Assembly (NCBI GenBank): GCA_964036045.1
Contig: OZ038378.1
Span: 185,876,001 to 185,940,000 of the forward strand
Direction of reading: 5' to 3'
Source: Eutreptiella sp. 'Long Island Sound 2002'
Taxonomy: Eukaryota > Protista > Euglenida
DNA: 64,000 nucleotides
A model generated the notes under the pieces. That model did no database searches. It was given only the letters and a program-made list of their open reading frames with translations, and was not told where the DNA came from. Every line of letters begins with the position of its first letter. The first letter of the stretch is position 1. Positions 24,201 to 38,772 of this stretch are shown here, in pieces. The translations under genes were made by a program, and so were the position numbers.

Positions 24201-27200
24201 CAGGTCCATCCAATTCTTCGAGGCGTATGGCTCCTCAGCAGTGGAACTTAGTGTCAGTTCCAGGGGGTGGGTGGAACAGGCGACGTCCTCTGGCCCACTC
24301 TCCGCAAACCGTTAGAGGCCCTCCAGCCACAGTCCCAACCGCAGGCAGCAGCGTGCCAATCAACATGGTGTGCTGGCCACTGACTGTACACAGGGACGGG
24401 CCTCCGGCGCTTTGGACAAAGAGCGGCAGCAGTCCCCTGCCACTTGAGTGAGCGGCGAGGGGAGATCCACTGTACCCGGGGCATGCTGGTGTGCCAGGGA
24501 GCAGGGTTTCCCACTGATTCAGATTAAAAAACAATGTTTTGGTTCGGAAATATTCGGAAATATTCGGAAATATTCGGAAATATTCGGAACGGTGAAATAC
24601 ATTTTTCTGTACTTCCTGCATGCTTGTTGGCGAGTCCCATTACCCTCTTACTATTTGTTGTTCCTTCCCGAACCAAGTGGAACAATCAAAATGCAACAGA
24701 AGCATGGCCGACAGCACAAACGTGCGGCAATCTGTCCCAGATAGTATGACCAAGAGGTTGCTGCCAGCTGCAGAAGTTGTGACTCGTGGTGGATTTGAAG
24801 GATTCACTCAGTCAGATTCCTTTGGCTGAGAGTACTCCATTGTACACAGCCACATCAGCCCCCATAGGAGTGTTGCGTCCCTGCTGTATGCCGCAAGGCC
24901 TGAAAAAACAGCCCTGCTGTATGGCAGCGAGTCATCGAATGGGTTCTTGCTGGCTACCTGTAGCATTGACAACAATGACGGGAGCTTTTGCTTTGCATGT
25001 CCCAAATGCAGGGGGCTGAACTACTGGAGCGCAACAAAAATGTGGCCCTGACCAGGAGGCTGCTGCCAGCTGCAGAAAGTGTCACCCTGAGATTGAATGA
25101 ATGGAGCCAAAAGCTGATGGACAGACCATCTGACAGACCGAACAACAAACAAACACTGCACTGAGATCCGGAAATATTCGGAAATATTCGGAATGTTCGG
25201 AATTAGCAGCCCTGGCTCTGATTCGGAAACATTCGGAAATATTCCGACATATTCGGCAATATTCGTGTACTGCACAAGGTACTTATGAGTGGCCAATCAA
25301 CTTTGAGTGTTAGTTTCGGGCACATGAGGGTCATCAGTTTTAGTTTCGGGGACACGAGGGTCAAAATGCAGGGCTCATCAAACTTTGCAGTGTTGGATAT
25401 AAGAGCTCTGACCTGCTCCAGCGCAAGAAGTGTCCCGAAAAGTGTCGTGTCTCGTGGTGCTGGCAGGATCGACCCTGCGGGCTTTGTAATCCTACAAAGC
25501 GCTCGAGTCAGCCCAGCGGACCCATGCAGGTCCATCCAATTCTTCGAGGCGTATGGCTCCTCAGCAGTGGAACTTAGTGTCAGTTCCAGGGGGTGGGTGG
25601 AACAGGCGACGTCCTCTGGCCCACTCTCCGCAAACCGTTAGAGGCCCTCCGGCCACAGTCCCAACCGCAGGCAGCAGCGTGCCAATCAACATGGTGTGCT
25701 GGCCACTGACTGTACACAGGGACGGGCCTCCGGCGCTTTGGACAAAGAGCGGCAGCAGTCCCCTGCCACTTGAGTGAGCGGCGAGGGGAGATCCACTGTA
25801 CCCGGGGCATGCTGGTGTGCCAGGGAGCAGGGTTTCCCACTGATTCAGATTAAAAAACAATGTTTTGGTTCGGAAATATTCGGAAATATTCGGAAATATT
25901 CGGAAATATTCGGAACGGTGAAATACATTTTTCTGTACTTCCTGCATGCTTGTTGGCGAGTCCCATTACCCTCTTACTATTTGTTGTTCCTTCCCGAACC
26001 AAGTGGAACAATCAAAATGCAACAGAAGCATGGCCGACAGCACAAACGTGCGGCAATCTGTCCCAGATAGTATGACCAAGAGGTTGCTGCCAGCTGCAGA
26101 AGTTGTGACTCGTGGTGGATTTGAAGGATTCACTCAGTCAGATTCCTTTGGCTGAGAGTACTCCATTGTACACAGCCACATCAGCCCCCATAGGAGTGTT
26201 GCGTCCCTGCTGTATGCCGCAAGGCCTGAAAAAACAGCCCTGCTGTATGGCAGCGAGTCATCGAATGGGTTCTTGCTGGCTACCTGTAGCATTGACAACA
26301 ATGACGGGAGCTTTTGCTTTGCATGTCCCAAATGCAGGGGGCTGAACTACTGGAGCGCAACAAAAATGTGGCCCTGACCAGGAGGCTGCTGCCAGCTGCA
26401 GAAAGTGTCACCCTGAGATTGAATGAATGGAGCCAAAAGCTGATGGACAGACCATCTGACAGACCGAACAACAAACAAACACTGCACTGAGATCCGGAAA
26501 TATTCGGAAATATTCGGAATGTTCGGAATTAGCAGCCCTGGCTCTGATTCGGAAACATTCGGAAATATTCCGACATATTCGGCAATATTCGTGTACTGCA
26601 CAAGGTACTCATGAGTGGCCAATCAACTTTGAGTGTTAGTTTCGGGCACATGAGGGTCATCAGTTTTAGTTTCGGGGACACGAGGGTCAAAATGCAGGGC
26701 TCATCAAACTTTGCAGTGTTGGATATAAGAGCTCTGACCTGCTCCAGCGCAAGAAGTGTCCCGAAAAGTGTCGTGTCTCGTGGTGCTGGCAGGATCGACC
26801 CTGCGGGCTTTGTAATCCTACAAAGCGCTCGAGTCAGCCCAGCGGACCCATGCAGGTCCATCCAATTCTTCGAGGCGTATGGCTCCTCAGCAGTGGAACT
26901 TAGTGTCAGTTCCAGGGGGTGGGTGGAACAGGCGACGTCCTCTGGCCCACTCTCCGCAAACCGTTAGAGGCCCTCCGGCCACAGTCCCAACCGCAGGCAG
27001 CAGCGTGCCAATCAACATGGTGTGCTGGCCACTGACTGTACACAGGGACGGGCCTCCGGCGCTTTGGACAAAGAGCGGCAGCAGTCCCCTGCCACTTGAG
27101 TGAGCGGCGAGGGGAGATCCACTGTACCCGGGGCATGCTGGTGTGCCAGGGAGCAGGGTTTCCCACTGATTCAGATTAAAAACCAATGTTTTGGTTCGGA

Positions 27201-30200
27201 AATATTCGGAAATAGTCGGAAATATTCGGAAATATTCGGAACGGTGAAAATACATTTTTCTGTACTTCCTGCATGCTTGTTGGCGAGTCCCATTACCCTC
27301 TTACTATTTGTTGTTCCTTCCCAAACCAAGTGGAACAAGCAAAATGCAACAGAAGCATGGCCGACAGCACAAACGTGCGGCAATCTGTCCCAGATAGTAT
27401 GACCAAGAGGTTGCTGCCAGCTGCAGAAGTTATGCTCTGAACTACTGGAGCGCAACAAAAATGTGGCCCTGACCAGGAGGCTGCTGCCAGCTGCAGAAAG
27501 TGTCACCCTGAGATTGAATGAATGGAGCCAAAAGCTGATGGACAGACCATCTGACAGACCGAACAACAAACAAACACTGCACTGAGATCCGGAAATATTC
27601 GGAAATATTCGGAATGTTCGGAATTAGCAGCCCTGGCTCTGATTCGGAAACATTCGGAAATATTCCGACATATTCGGCAATATTCGTGTACTGCACAAGG
27701 TACTCATGAGTGGCCAATCAACTTTGAGTGTTAGTTTCGGGCACATGAGGGTCATCAGTTTTAGTTTCGGGGACACGAGGGTCAAAATGCAGGGCTCATC
27801 AAACTTTGCAGTGTTGGACATAAGAGCTCTCACCTGCTCCAGCGCAAGAAGTGTCCCGAAAAGTGTCGTGTCTCGTGGTGCTGGCAGGATCGACCCTGCG
27901 GGCTTTGTAATCCTACAAAGCGCTCGAGTCAGCCCAGCGGACCCATGCAGGTCCATCCAATTCTTCACAGTTTCGCGTATGGCTCCTCAGCAGTGGAACT
28001 TAGTGTCAGTTCCAGGGGGTGGGTGGAACAGGCGACGTCCTCTGGCCCACTCTCCGCAAACCGTTAGAGGCCCTCCGGCCACAGTCCCAACCGCAGGCAG
28101 CGGCGTGCCAATCAACATGGTGTGCTGGCCACTGACTGTACACAGGGACGGGCCTCTGGCGCTTTGGACAAAGAGCGGCAGCAGTCCCCTGCCACTTGAG
28201 TGAGCGGCGAGGGGAGATCCACTGTACCCGGGGCATGCTGGTGTGCCAGGGAGCAGGGTTTCCCACTGATTCAGATTAAAAAACAATGTTTTGGTTCGGA
28301 AATATTCGGAAATAGTCGGAAATATTCGGAAATATTCGGAAAGGTGAAAATACATTTTTCTGTACTTCCTGCATGCTTGTTGGCGAGTCCCATTACCCTC
28401 TTACTATTTGTTGTTCCTTCCCAAACCAAGTGGAACAAGCAAAATGCAACAGAAGCATGGCCGACAGCACAAACGTGCGGCAATCTGTCCCAGATAGTAT
28501 GACCAAGAGGTTGCTGCCAGCTGGAGAAGTTATGCTCTGAACTACTGGAGCGCAACAAAAATGTGGCCCTGACCAGGAGGCTGCTGCCAGCTGCAGAAAG
28601 TGTCACCCTGAGATTGAATGAATGGAGCCAAAAGCTGATGGACAGACCATCTGACAGACCGAACAACAAACAAACACTGCACTGAGATCCGGAAATATTC
28701 GGAAATATTCGGAATGTTCGGAATTAGCAGCCCTGGCTCTGATTCGGAAACTTTCGGAAATATTCGGAAATATTCGGAAATATTCCGACATATTCGGCAA
28801 TATTCGTGTACTGCACAAGGTACTCATGAGTGGCCAATCAACTTTGAGTGTTAGTTTCGGGCACATGAGGGTCATCAGTTTTAGTTTCGGGGACACGAGG
28901 GTCAAAATGCAGGGCTCATCAAACTTTGCAGTGTTGGACATAAGAGCTCTCACCTGCTCCAGCGCAAGAAGTGTCCCGAAAAGTGTCGTGTCTCGTGGTG
29001 CTGGCAGGATCGACCCTGCGGGCTTTGTAATCCTACAAAGCGCTCGAGTCAGCCCAGCGGACCCATGCAGGTCCATCCAATTCTTCACAGTTTCGCGTAT
29101 GGCTCCTCAGCAGTGGAACTTAGTGTCAGTTCCAGGGGGTGGGTGGAACAGGCGACGTCCTCTGGCCCACTCTCCGCAAACCGTTAGAGGCCCTCCGGCC
29201 ACAGTCCCAACCGCAGGCAGCGGCGTGCCAATCAACATGGTGTGCTGGCCACTGACTGTACACAGGGACGGGCCTCTGGCGCTTTGGACAAAGAGCGGCA
29301 GCAGTCCCCTGCCACTTGAGTGAGCGGCAAGGGGAGATCCACTGTACCCGGGGCATGCTGGTGTGCCAGGGAGCAGGGTTTCCCACTGATTCAGATTAAA
29401 AAAACAATGTTTTGGTTCGGAAATATTCGGAAATAGTCGGAAATATTCGGAAATATTCGGAAAGGTGAAAATACATTTTTCTGTACTTCCTGCATGCTTG
29501 TTGGCGAGTCCCATTACCCTCTTACTATTTGTTGTTCCTTCCCAAACCAAGTGGAACAAGCAAAATGCAACAGAAGCATGGCCGACAGCACAAACGTGCG
29601 GCAATCTGTCCCAGATAGTATGACCAAGAGGTTGCTGCCAGCTGGAGAAGTTATGCTCTGAACTACTGGAGCGCAACAAAAATGTGGCCCTGACCAGGAG
29701 GCTGCTGCCAGCTGCAGAAAGTGTCACCCTGAGATTGAATGAATGGAGCCAAAAGCTGATGGACAGACCATCTGACAGACCGAACAACAAACAAACACTG
29801 CACTGAGATCCGGAAATATTCGGAAATATTCGGAATGTTCGGAATTAGCAGCCCTGGCTCTGATTCGGAAACTTTCGGAAATATTCGGAAATATTCGGAA
29901 ATATTCCGACATATTCGGCAATATTCGTGTACTGCACAAGGTACTCATGAGTGGCCAATCAACTTTGAGTGTTAGTTTCGGGCACATGAGGGTCATCAGT
30001 TTTAGTTTCGGGGACACGAGGGTCAAAATGCAGGGCTCATCAAACTTTGCAGTGTTGGATATAAGAGCTCTCACCTGCTCCAGCGCAACGACTGTCACGA
30101 AAAGTGTAGTGTCTCGTGGTGCTGGCAGGATCGACCCTGCGGGCTTTGTAATCCTACAAAGCGCTCGAGTCAGCCCAGCGGACCCATGCAGGTCCATCCA

Positions 30201-33200
30201 ATTCTTCGAGGCGTATGGCTCCTCAGCAGTGGAACTTAGTGTCAGTTCCAGGGGGTGGGTGGAACAGGCGACGTCCTCTGGCCCACTCTCCGCAAACCGT
30301 TAGAGGCCCTCCGGCCACAGTCCCAACCGCAGGCAGCGGCGTGCCAATCAACATGGTGTGCTGGCCACTGACTGTACACAGGGACGGGCCTCCGGCGCTT
30401 TGGACAAAGAGCGGCAGCAGTCCCCTGCCACTTGAGTGAGCGGCAAGGGGAGATCCACTGTACCCGGGGCATGCTGGTGTGCCAGGGAGCAGGGTTTCCC
30501 ACTGATTCAGATTAAAAAACAATGTTTTGGTTCGGAAATATTCGGAAATAGTCGGAAATATTCGGAAATATTCGGAACGGTGAAATACATTTTTCTGTAC
30601 TTCCTGCATGCTTGTTGGCGAGTCCCATTACCCTCTTACTATTTGTTGTTCATTCCCAAACCAAGTGGAACAATCAAAATGCAACAGAAGCATGGCCGAC
30701 AGCACAAACGTGCGGCAATCTGTCCCAGATAGTATGACCAAGAGGTTGCTGCCAGCTGCAGAAGTTGTGACTCTGAACTACTGGAGCGCAACAAAAATGT
30801 GGCCCTGACCAGGAGGCTGCTGCCAGCTGCAGCAAGTGTCACCCTGAGATTGAATGAATGGAGCCAAAAGCTGACGGACAGACCATCTGACAGACCGAAC
30901 AACAAACAAACACTGCACTGAGATCCGGAAATATTCGGAAATATTCGGAATGTTCGGAATTAGCAGCCCTGGCTCTGATTCGGAAACTTTCGGAAATATT
31001 CCGACATATTCGGCAATATTCGTGTACTGCACAAGGTACTCATGAGTGGCCAATCAACTTTGAGTGTTAGTTTCGGGCACATGAGGGTCATCAGTTTTAG
31101 TTTCGGGGACACGAGGGTCAAAATGCAGGGCTCATCAAACTTTGCAGTGTTGGATATAAGAGCTCTCACCTGCTCCAGCGCAACGACTGTCACGAAAAGT
31201 GTAGTGTCTCGTGGTGCTGGCAGGATCGACCCTGCGGGCTTTGTAATCCTACAAAGCGCTCGAGTCAGCCCAGCGGACCCATGCAGGTCCATCCAATTCT
31301 TCACAGTTTCGCGTATGGCTCCTCAGCAGTGGAACTTAGTGTCAGTTCCAGGGGGTGGGTGGAACAGGCGACGTCCTCTGGCCCACTCTCCGCAAACCGT
31401 TAGAGGCCCTCCGGCCACAGTCCCAACCGCAGGCAGCGGCGTGCCAATCAACATGGTGTGCTGGCCACTGACTGTACACAGGGACGGGCCTCCGGCGCTT
31501 TGGACAAAGAGCGGCAGCAGTCCCCTGCCACTTGAGTGAGCGGCAAGGGGAGATCCACTGTACCCGGGGCATGCTGGTGTGCCAGGGAGCAGGGTTTCCC
31601 ACTGATTCAGATTAAAAAACAATGTTTTGGTTCGGAAATATTCGGAAATAGTCGGAAATATTCGGAAATATTCGGAACGGTGAAATACATTTTTCTGTAC
31701 TTCCTGCATGCTTGTTGGCGAGTCCCATTACCCTCTTACTATTTGTTGTTCATTCCCAAACCAAGTGGAACAATCAAAATGCAACAGAAGCATGGCCGAC
31801 AGCACAAACGTGCGGCAATCTGTCCCAGATAGTATGACCAAGAGGTTGCTGCCAGCTGCAGAAGTTATGCTCTGAACTACTGGAGCGCAACAAAAATGTG
31901 GCCCTGACCAGGAGGCTGCTGCCAGCTGCAGCAAGTGTCACCCTGAGATTGAATGAATGGAGCCAAAAGCTGACGGACAGACCATCTGACAGACCGAACA
32001 ACAAACAAACACTGCACTGAGATCCGGAAATATTCGGAAATATTCGGAATGTTCGGAATTAGCAGCCCTGGCTCTGATTCGGAAACTTTCGGAAATATTC
32101 CGACATATTCGGCAATATTCGTGTACTGCACAAGGTACTCATGAGTGGCCAATCAACTTTGAGTGTTAGTTTCGGGCACATGAGGGTCATCAGTTTTAGT
32201 TTCGGGGACACGAGGGTCAAAATGCAGGGCTCATCAAACTTTGCACTGTTGGACATAAGAGCTCTCACCTGCTCCAGCGCAAGAAGTGTCCCGAAAGGTG
32301 TAGTGTCTCGTGGTGCTGGCAGGATCGACCCTGCGGGCTTTGTAATCCTACAAAGCGCTCGAGTCAGCCCAGCGGACCCATGCAGGTCCATCCAATTCTT
32401 CGAGGCGTATGGCTCCTCAGCAGTGGAACTTAGTGTCAGTTCCAGGAGGTGGGTGGAACAGGCGACGTCCTCTGGCCCACTCTCCGCAAACCGTTAGAGG
32501 CCCTCCGGCCACAGTCCCAACCGCAGGCAGCGGCGTGCCAATCAACATGGTGTGCTGGCCACTGACTGTACACAGGGACGGGCCTCTGGCGCTTTGGACA
32601 AAGAGCGGCAGCAGTCCCCTGCCACTTGAGTGAGCGGCGAGGGGAGATCCACTGTACCCGGGGCATGCTGGTGTGCCAGGGAGCAGGGTTTCCCACTGAT
32701 TCAGATTAAAAAACAATGTTTTGGTTCGGAAATATTCGGAAATAGTCGGAAATATTCGGAAATATTCGGAACGGTGAAATACATTTTTCTGTACTTCCTG
32801 CATGCTTGTTGGCGAGTCCCATTACCCTCTTACTATTTGTTGTTCATTCCCAAACCAAGTGGAACAATCAAAATGCAACAGAAGCATGGCCGACAGCACA
32901 AACGTGCGGCAATCTGTCCCAGATAGTATGACCAAGAGGTTGCTGCCAGCTGCAGAAGTTATGCTCTGAACTACTGGAGCGCAACAAAAATGTGGCCCTG
33001 ACCAGGAGGCTGCTGCCAGCTGCAGAAAGTGTCACCCTGAGATTGAATGAATGGAGCCAAAAGCTGATGGACAGACCATCTGACAGACCGAACAACAAAC
33101 AAACACTGCACTGAGATCCGGAAATATTCGGAAATATTCGGAATGTTCGGAATTAGCAGCCCTGGCTCTGATTCGGAAACATTCGGAAATATTCCGACAT

Positions 33201-35612
33201 ATTCGGCAATATTCGTGTACTGCACAAGGTACTCATGAGTGGCCAATCAACTTTGAGTGTTAGTTTCGGGCACATGAGGGTCATCAGTTTTAGTTTCGGG
33301 GACACGAGGGTCAAAATGCAGGGCTCATCAAACTTTGCAGTGTTGGACATAAGAGCTCTCAGCTGCTCCAGCGCAAGAAGTGTCCCGAAAAGTGTCGTGT
33401 CTCGCGGTGCTGGCAGGATTGACCCTGCGGGCTTTGTAATCCTACAAAGCGCTCGAGTCAGCCCAGCGGACCCATGCAGGTCCATCCAATTCTTTACGAT
33501 TTCGCGTATGGCTCCTCAGCAGTGGAACTTAGTGTCAGTTCCAGGGGGTGGGTGGAACAGGCGACGTCCTCTGGCCCACTCTCCGCAAACCGTTAGAGGC
33601 CCTCCGGCCACAGTCCCAACCGCAGGCAGCGGCGTGCCAATCAACATGGTGTGCTGGCCACTGACTGTACACAGGGACGGGCCTCTGGCGCTTTGGACAA
33701 AGAGCGGCAGCAGTCCCCTGCCACTTGAGTGAGCGGCGAGGGGAGATCCACTGTACCCGGGGCATGCTGGTGTGCCAGGGAGCAGGGTTTCCCACTGATT
33801 CAGATTAAAAAACAATGTTTTGGTTCGGAAATATTCGGAAATAGTCGGAAATATTCGGAAATATTCGGAACGGTGAAATACATTTTTCTGTACTTCCTGC
33901 ATGCTTGTTGGCGAGTCCCATTACCCTCTTACTATTTGTTGTTCATTCCCAAACCAAGTGGAACAATCAAAATGCAACAGAAGCATGGCCGACAGCACAA
34001 ACGTGCGGCAATCTGTCCCAGATAGTATGACCAAGAGGTTGCTGCCAGCTGCAGAAGTTGTGACTCTGAACTACTGGAGCGCAACAAAAATGTGGCCCTG
34101 ACCAGGAGGCTGCTGCCAGCTGCAGAAAGTGTCACCCTGAGATTGAATGAATGGAGCCAAAAGCTGATGGACAGACCATCTGACAGACCGAACAACAAAC
34201 AAACACTGCACTGAGATCCGGAAATATTCGGAAATATTCGGAATGTTCGGAATTAGCAGCCCTGGCTCTGATTCGGAAACATTCGGAAATATTCCGACAT
34301 ATTCGGCAATATTCGTGTACTGCACAAGGTACTCATGAGTGGCCAATCAACTTTGAGTGTTAGTTTCGGGCACATGAGGGTCATCAGTTTTAGTTTCGGG
34401 GACACGAGGGTCAAAATGCAGGGCTCATCAAACTTTGCATTGTTCGACATAAGAGCTCTCACCTGCTCCAGCGCAAGAAGTGTCCCGAAAAGTGTCGTGT
34501 CTCGTGGTGCTGGCAGGATCGACCCTGCGGGCTTTGTAATCCTACAAAGCGCTCGAGTCAGCCCAGCGGACCCATGCAGGTCCATCCAATTCTTCGAGGC
34601 GTATGGCTCCTCAGCAGTGGAACTTAGTGTCAGTTCCAGGGGGTGGGTGGAACAGGCGACGTCCTCTGGCCCACTCTCCGCAAACCGTTAGAGGCCCTCC
34701 GGCCACAGTCCCAACCGCAGGCAGCGGCGTGCCAATCAACATGGTGTGCTGGCCACTGACTGTACACAGGGACGGGCCTCTGGCGCTTTGGACAAAGAGC
34801 GGCAGCAGTCCCCTGCCACTTGAGTGAGCGGCAAGGGGAGATCCACTGTACCCGGGGCATGCTGGTGTGCCAGGGAGCAGGGTTTCCCACTGATTCAGAT
34901 TAAAAAACAATGTTTTGGTTCCGACATATTCGGAAATAGTCGGAAATATTCGGAAATATTCGGAACGGTGAAATACATTTTTCTGTACTTCCTGCATGCT
35001 TGTTGGCGAGTCCCATTACCCTCTTACTATTTGTTGTTCCTTCCCAAACCAAGTGGAACAATCAAAATGCAACAGAAGCATGGCCGACAGCACAAACGTG
35101 CGGCAATCTGTCCCAGATAGTATGACCAAGAGGTTGCTGCCAGCTGCAGAAGTTATGCTCTGAACTACTGGAGCGCAACAAAAATGTGGCCCTGACCAGG
35201 AGGCTGCTGCCAGCTGCAGAAAGTGTCACCCTGAGATTGAATGAATGGAGCCAAAAGCTGATGGACAGACCATCTGACAGACCGAACAACAAACAAACAC
35301 TGCACTGAGATCCGGAAATATTCGGAAATATTCGGAATGTTCGGAATTAGCAGCCCTGGCTCTGATTCGGAAACTTTCGGAAATATTCCGACATATTCGG
35401 CAATATTCGTGTACTGCACAAGGTACTCATGAGTGGCCAATCAACTTTGAGTGTTAGTTTCGGGCACATGAGGGTCATCAGTTTTAGTTTCGGGGACACG
35501 AGCGTCAAAATGCAGGGCTCATCAAACTTTGCAGTGTTGGATATAAGAGCTCTGACCTGCTCCAGCGCAACGACTGTCACGAAAAGTGTAGTGTCTCGTG
35601 GTGCTGGCAGGA
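18252..35612. repeat. Tandem array of about 15 units (long class ~1.33-1.35 kb, short class ~1.10 kb)
   Basis: The atgagtggccaatc anchor recurs near 18255, 19608, 21265, 22612, 23959, 25285, 26611, 27706, 28826, 29947, 31042, 32141, 33235, 34335 and 35429. Each unit has two blocks of the 10-mer ggaaatattc. Confidence 0.97.
19724..20027. mobile_element. 304-bp MITE inserted at a TA in array unit 2
   Basis: TIRs aa(c)n-gtacaagaaca / tgttcttgtac-(g)n-tt, TA duplicated at 19722-23 and 20028-29. The empty site ggatataagagctc (or ggacataagagctc) is present in sister units. Repeated aataagaacacgc subterminal motifs. Confidence 0.92.
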
Positions 35613-38600
35613 AAGATGAAACGATCAAGACCAAGGTTTTTCAACATGGAAAGCCCGGCGCCACTCCCCACAGGCTCTAAGATTTCGGCATGGGGGGTAC
35701 TGCTTTTTTGGGGGGTCCAGACCAAGGTGAGCTGGCGTGCCCAGCTCATCATATGGTACTCGAAACAACGTCTCAGAATCAAGGTTCAGAGTTCAATCAG
35801 AAAGGCTCCATAACCCTTACGGCCGACAGGGTGCTCCCTCTCCCCTTTCCTAAGGGGCATACTGCCGCATGTAGCAAGGTCATGATAACGACAACGCAAA
35901 CGCCCGAAACATCCCTTCAGGGAACCAGCCATTGGGTTGTACGGAAATGGTATGCAGCGGTATTGCGATTCCAGGCAACTCTGTCCAAGTGTTTCACACC
36001 CAGTAGTCCATCACAGTCTTGCATGCACCACGCAAGCGCACAGCGTGTGCACATCTCAGACCAATCTCCTTACGTGCAGGTCAGTGGTATGACACCAAAT
36101 CCTCCAAAAATGCGGATGAAAATGCACGTACGTGGCATCTCGCAGCCTCCATGGAGGTGTCGTGCACTGTGGCTCTGGGCGTGAGGTTAAAGCGGTGCAC
36201 AGCTTATTGCAGCTGCAGTACGTAGCAGTACATGGTAGCTCAGCACAGCAGGCACACAGCAGTCACAAAGAAGAAAACCAGCAGTGCAAAGCAGCGCACC
36301 ACATGTTTCTTCCCCTGAAATTAATCGGTTTCCCTGAAGTGCCGGCTGAGTCCAGTGATAATATTCATTGGTACAACACCGGCTTCATGGGTATCAATTT
36401 GCATTGGCAACTGGACAAGTTTTGTAGTGGTCTGCAGCAGTACAGGGCAACCAGCAGTGCACAGCAGCCGCAACCCAAAACCGAAAACCTGAAGCACGCA
36501 GCAGTACGTGTACCGCTTACGTCAGGTCCGCACAACCAGATTCTTTTGTTGGCTGTTTCACAGGGAGTGTACATCCGAGGTGGGGGGCGATTAAAAATGG
36601 TTGGACTATGATGCAGTCCCCCACATGCGGGATGCAGTCGTTTACAGCAAACCCTGCAGGGAGGATTTGTGAGGGAACGGCCACGAAGATCACGAGATCC
36701 CACATTGTGCGACAAGGGTCGAAACATGGTCTCTGGAACTGCAGCCTTCTGCTCCACCCACCCCTCCCACGTCATGCCGTGTGCACGCATAACGCCGATG
36801 GCAAAGGCTGCCTGAAGAAGGGGGTAGCGCGTGCACAGAGACATGACGTGCCACACCAATGGCTGCACGGTGTACACAGATCCCTGCCGCAGACCCCAAG
36901 ACAGCAGGGGTTATGCGGCATTGTAGACTCCTTCCCATTTTGGAGACCTCTAGGCAACAGGCATGCCATCCGGCAAGACCTTGCTTCTTGCCTCTGTCCA
37001 TGATACTCCACCAAATCAGGTTTTGCACCCCCGTTGAAGGGCATGGGAGGAGGGGAACGCAGCATTGCTGCCCCGGGAGGCCCACTAGACAAATCTGTCG
37101 CCGAAGACTGATTCAATGTGTGACTGAAGCGGTAGCGCTTCTCTGTTCGAGAGCTTTCCTGCGGTGGCACACGTCCGTTCAGGGCTTGGTGCAATTTTCG
37201 GAGGATGGACACATTGGAAAAATGTGGGGGAAACCTCACTCCATTCACTCAGCAGTGATGGGTTCCTTGTATAAATCGGACAAGCGATTTTTTTCAAAAA
37301 AAAATCTCCAGTACGCATTTTTGTTCAATCTTCTGCACCAAACCGTAAAAATCTATTTAGGCTCCCAACCAGGGGCTCAAGTTGGGTTGGGGCACCAGTC
37401 CTGACATAAACTGGAGCGCACCGAAGCCCCTGTACTGCTGTCTGAATTTCCAGGCAGGCCTAGGCAGGGCGGCCTCTGACCAATTTGCACCGCCTGTGGT
37501 AGGTTTTGGCGGCAAACTGCTGGTGCATTGCAGGCCTCTGGCAAACTGAGTGCATAAGCATATAAATTCTCCGTCAGAGAGAAAGTTCAAGAGGAGGTGT
37601 CAGTTAAGCGCCACCTTCCGCCAGGCAACCGCAACCACCATAAATCAACTGCCAACCACCGTCGGTTGACTGCAAATTCGGGGTTTGCGCGGGGTGGGGG
37701 GGGGGGGGGGGAAGAAAGATATTGGCTTCTGAAAGATCTGGTCCCTGGCCCTAGGGTCCCAACACTGGGCTGCAGCGTCTTCAAGCCGAAGGGCAGCAGT
37801 TGAAATTCTGCACCTGGTTGCCTTTTTGGCCTCGTCGATGACGCGAAGCATCAAAGGGTGGGTCATGAGGCTGGGGGGGGGGGGGGGCGGGCTCCCTTCT
37901 GGGAGGCGTTCCACGCATCCTTTTTGGTATGTCCCGTCAGTGGCAGAAAGACAGAATGGCAGGGCCCAATTCCTTGCTCCCCATTGCCCGGGGAGCAGTT
38001 GGAGGACAAAGGCGTGTTGCCATTACTGGTGCCTGATGATAGAGGATAGGGGGGGGGGGGGATGCATGGACAGACTACAGGGCATGAGAAAGCGCAGTGC
38101 CCATTCAACACCGTCACAAGAGAGAGACAAAATTTGACCATTGAACCGGAACTTTTGCACAATTGGAATGCGGGAAGGGCTGGGAGGAGAGGATTTGTGG
38201 GAAAGGGGGAAAGTGGGAAAGGGTGGCCATGAACAGCCTCGATGAAGGATTGAAAATGAAGCAAAACAGGTTGAAAACACGACTTTCGAAAAATGACACC
38301 AAAAGGCTCTTGGGGAGCTCCAAGTCATGTATTTGACCCATTCATGAGCACATTTGGACCCATTTTGACTCGAAACAGTCGCTAAAGTGGACCGCCCCCC
38401 TGCCCCCCTGGGTTATGAAGACGCCCTGGTCCCAAGAGTCGGACTTGGGGCCGCAAACGACAATGTGACGCCCAGCACCCCTCTACCACTGCGATGCGTG
38501 CGCATGTCCTCTCCAGAGGACCGGGGCACCCGCACAGGCACAGGCCCCATACGCAACGCCGCCAACGGTGCCGCTGACGAGCATCACCAAAATTGGGGAG

Positions 38601-38772
38601 GGGGGGCGACATGGTTTGCTTACAGCACGGGGGGTTTCAGGACACATGCGACCATCCAAGCCTCCAGGGCTTGCGAATGCCTCCCCTAATCCAATAATGA
38701 TGGCTCATCGTGACTATTATTTACACTGGGTTCGTTTACGGCTCGCGAGGCTTGCCAACCTCCACCTCATCT

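Noticed and set aside
18252-35612. CRISPR-like array
   Set aside because: The sequence between the 10-mer blocks is the same in every unit, so there are no unique spacers, and no cas genes are present.
18252-35612. TRIM/LTR tandem (about 180 bp is present at both array ends)
   Set aside because: No TG...CA ends with a TSD, and no PBS or PPT recognised.
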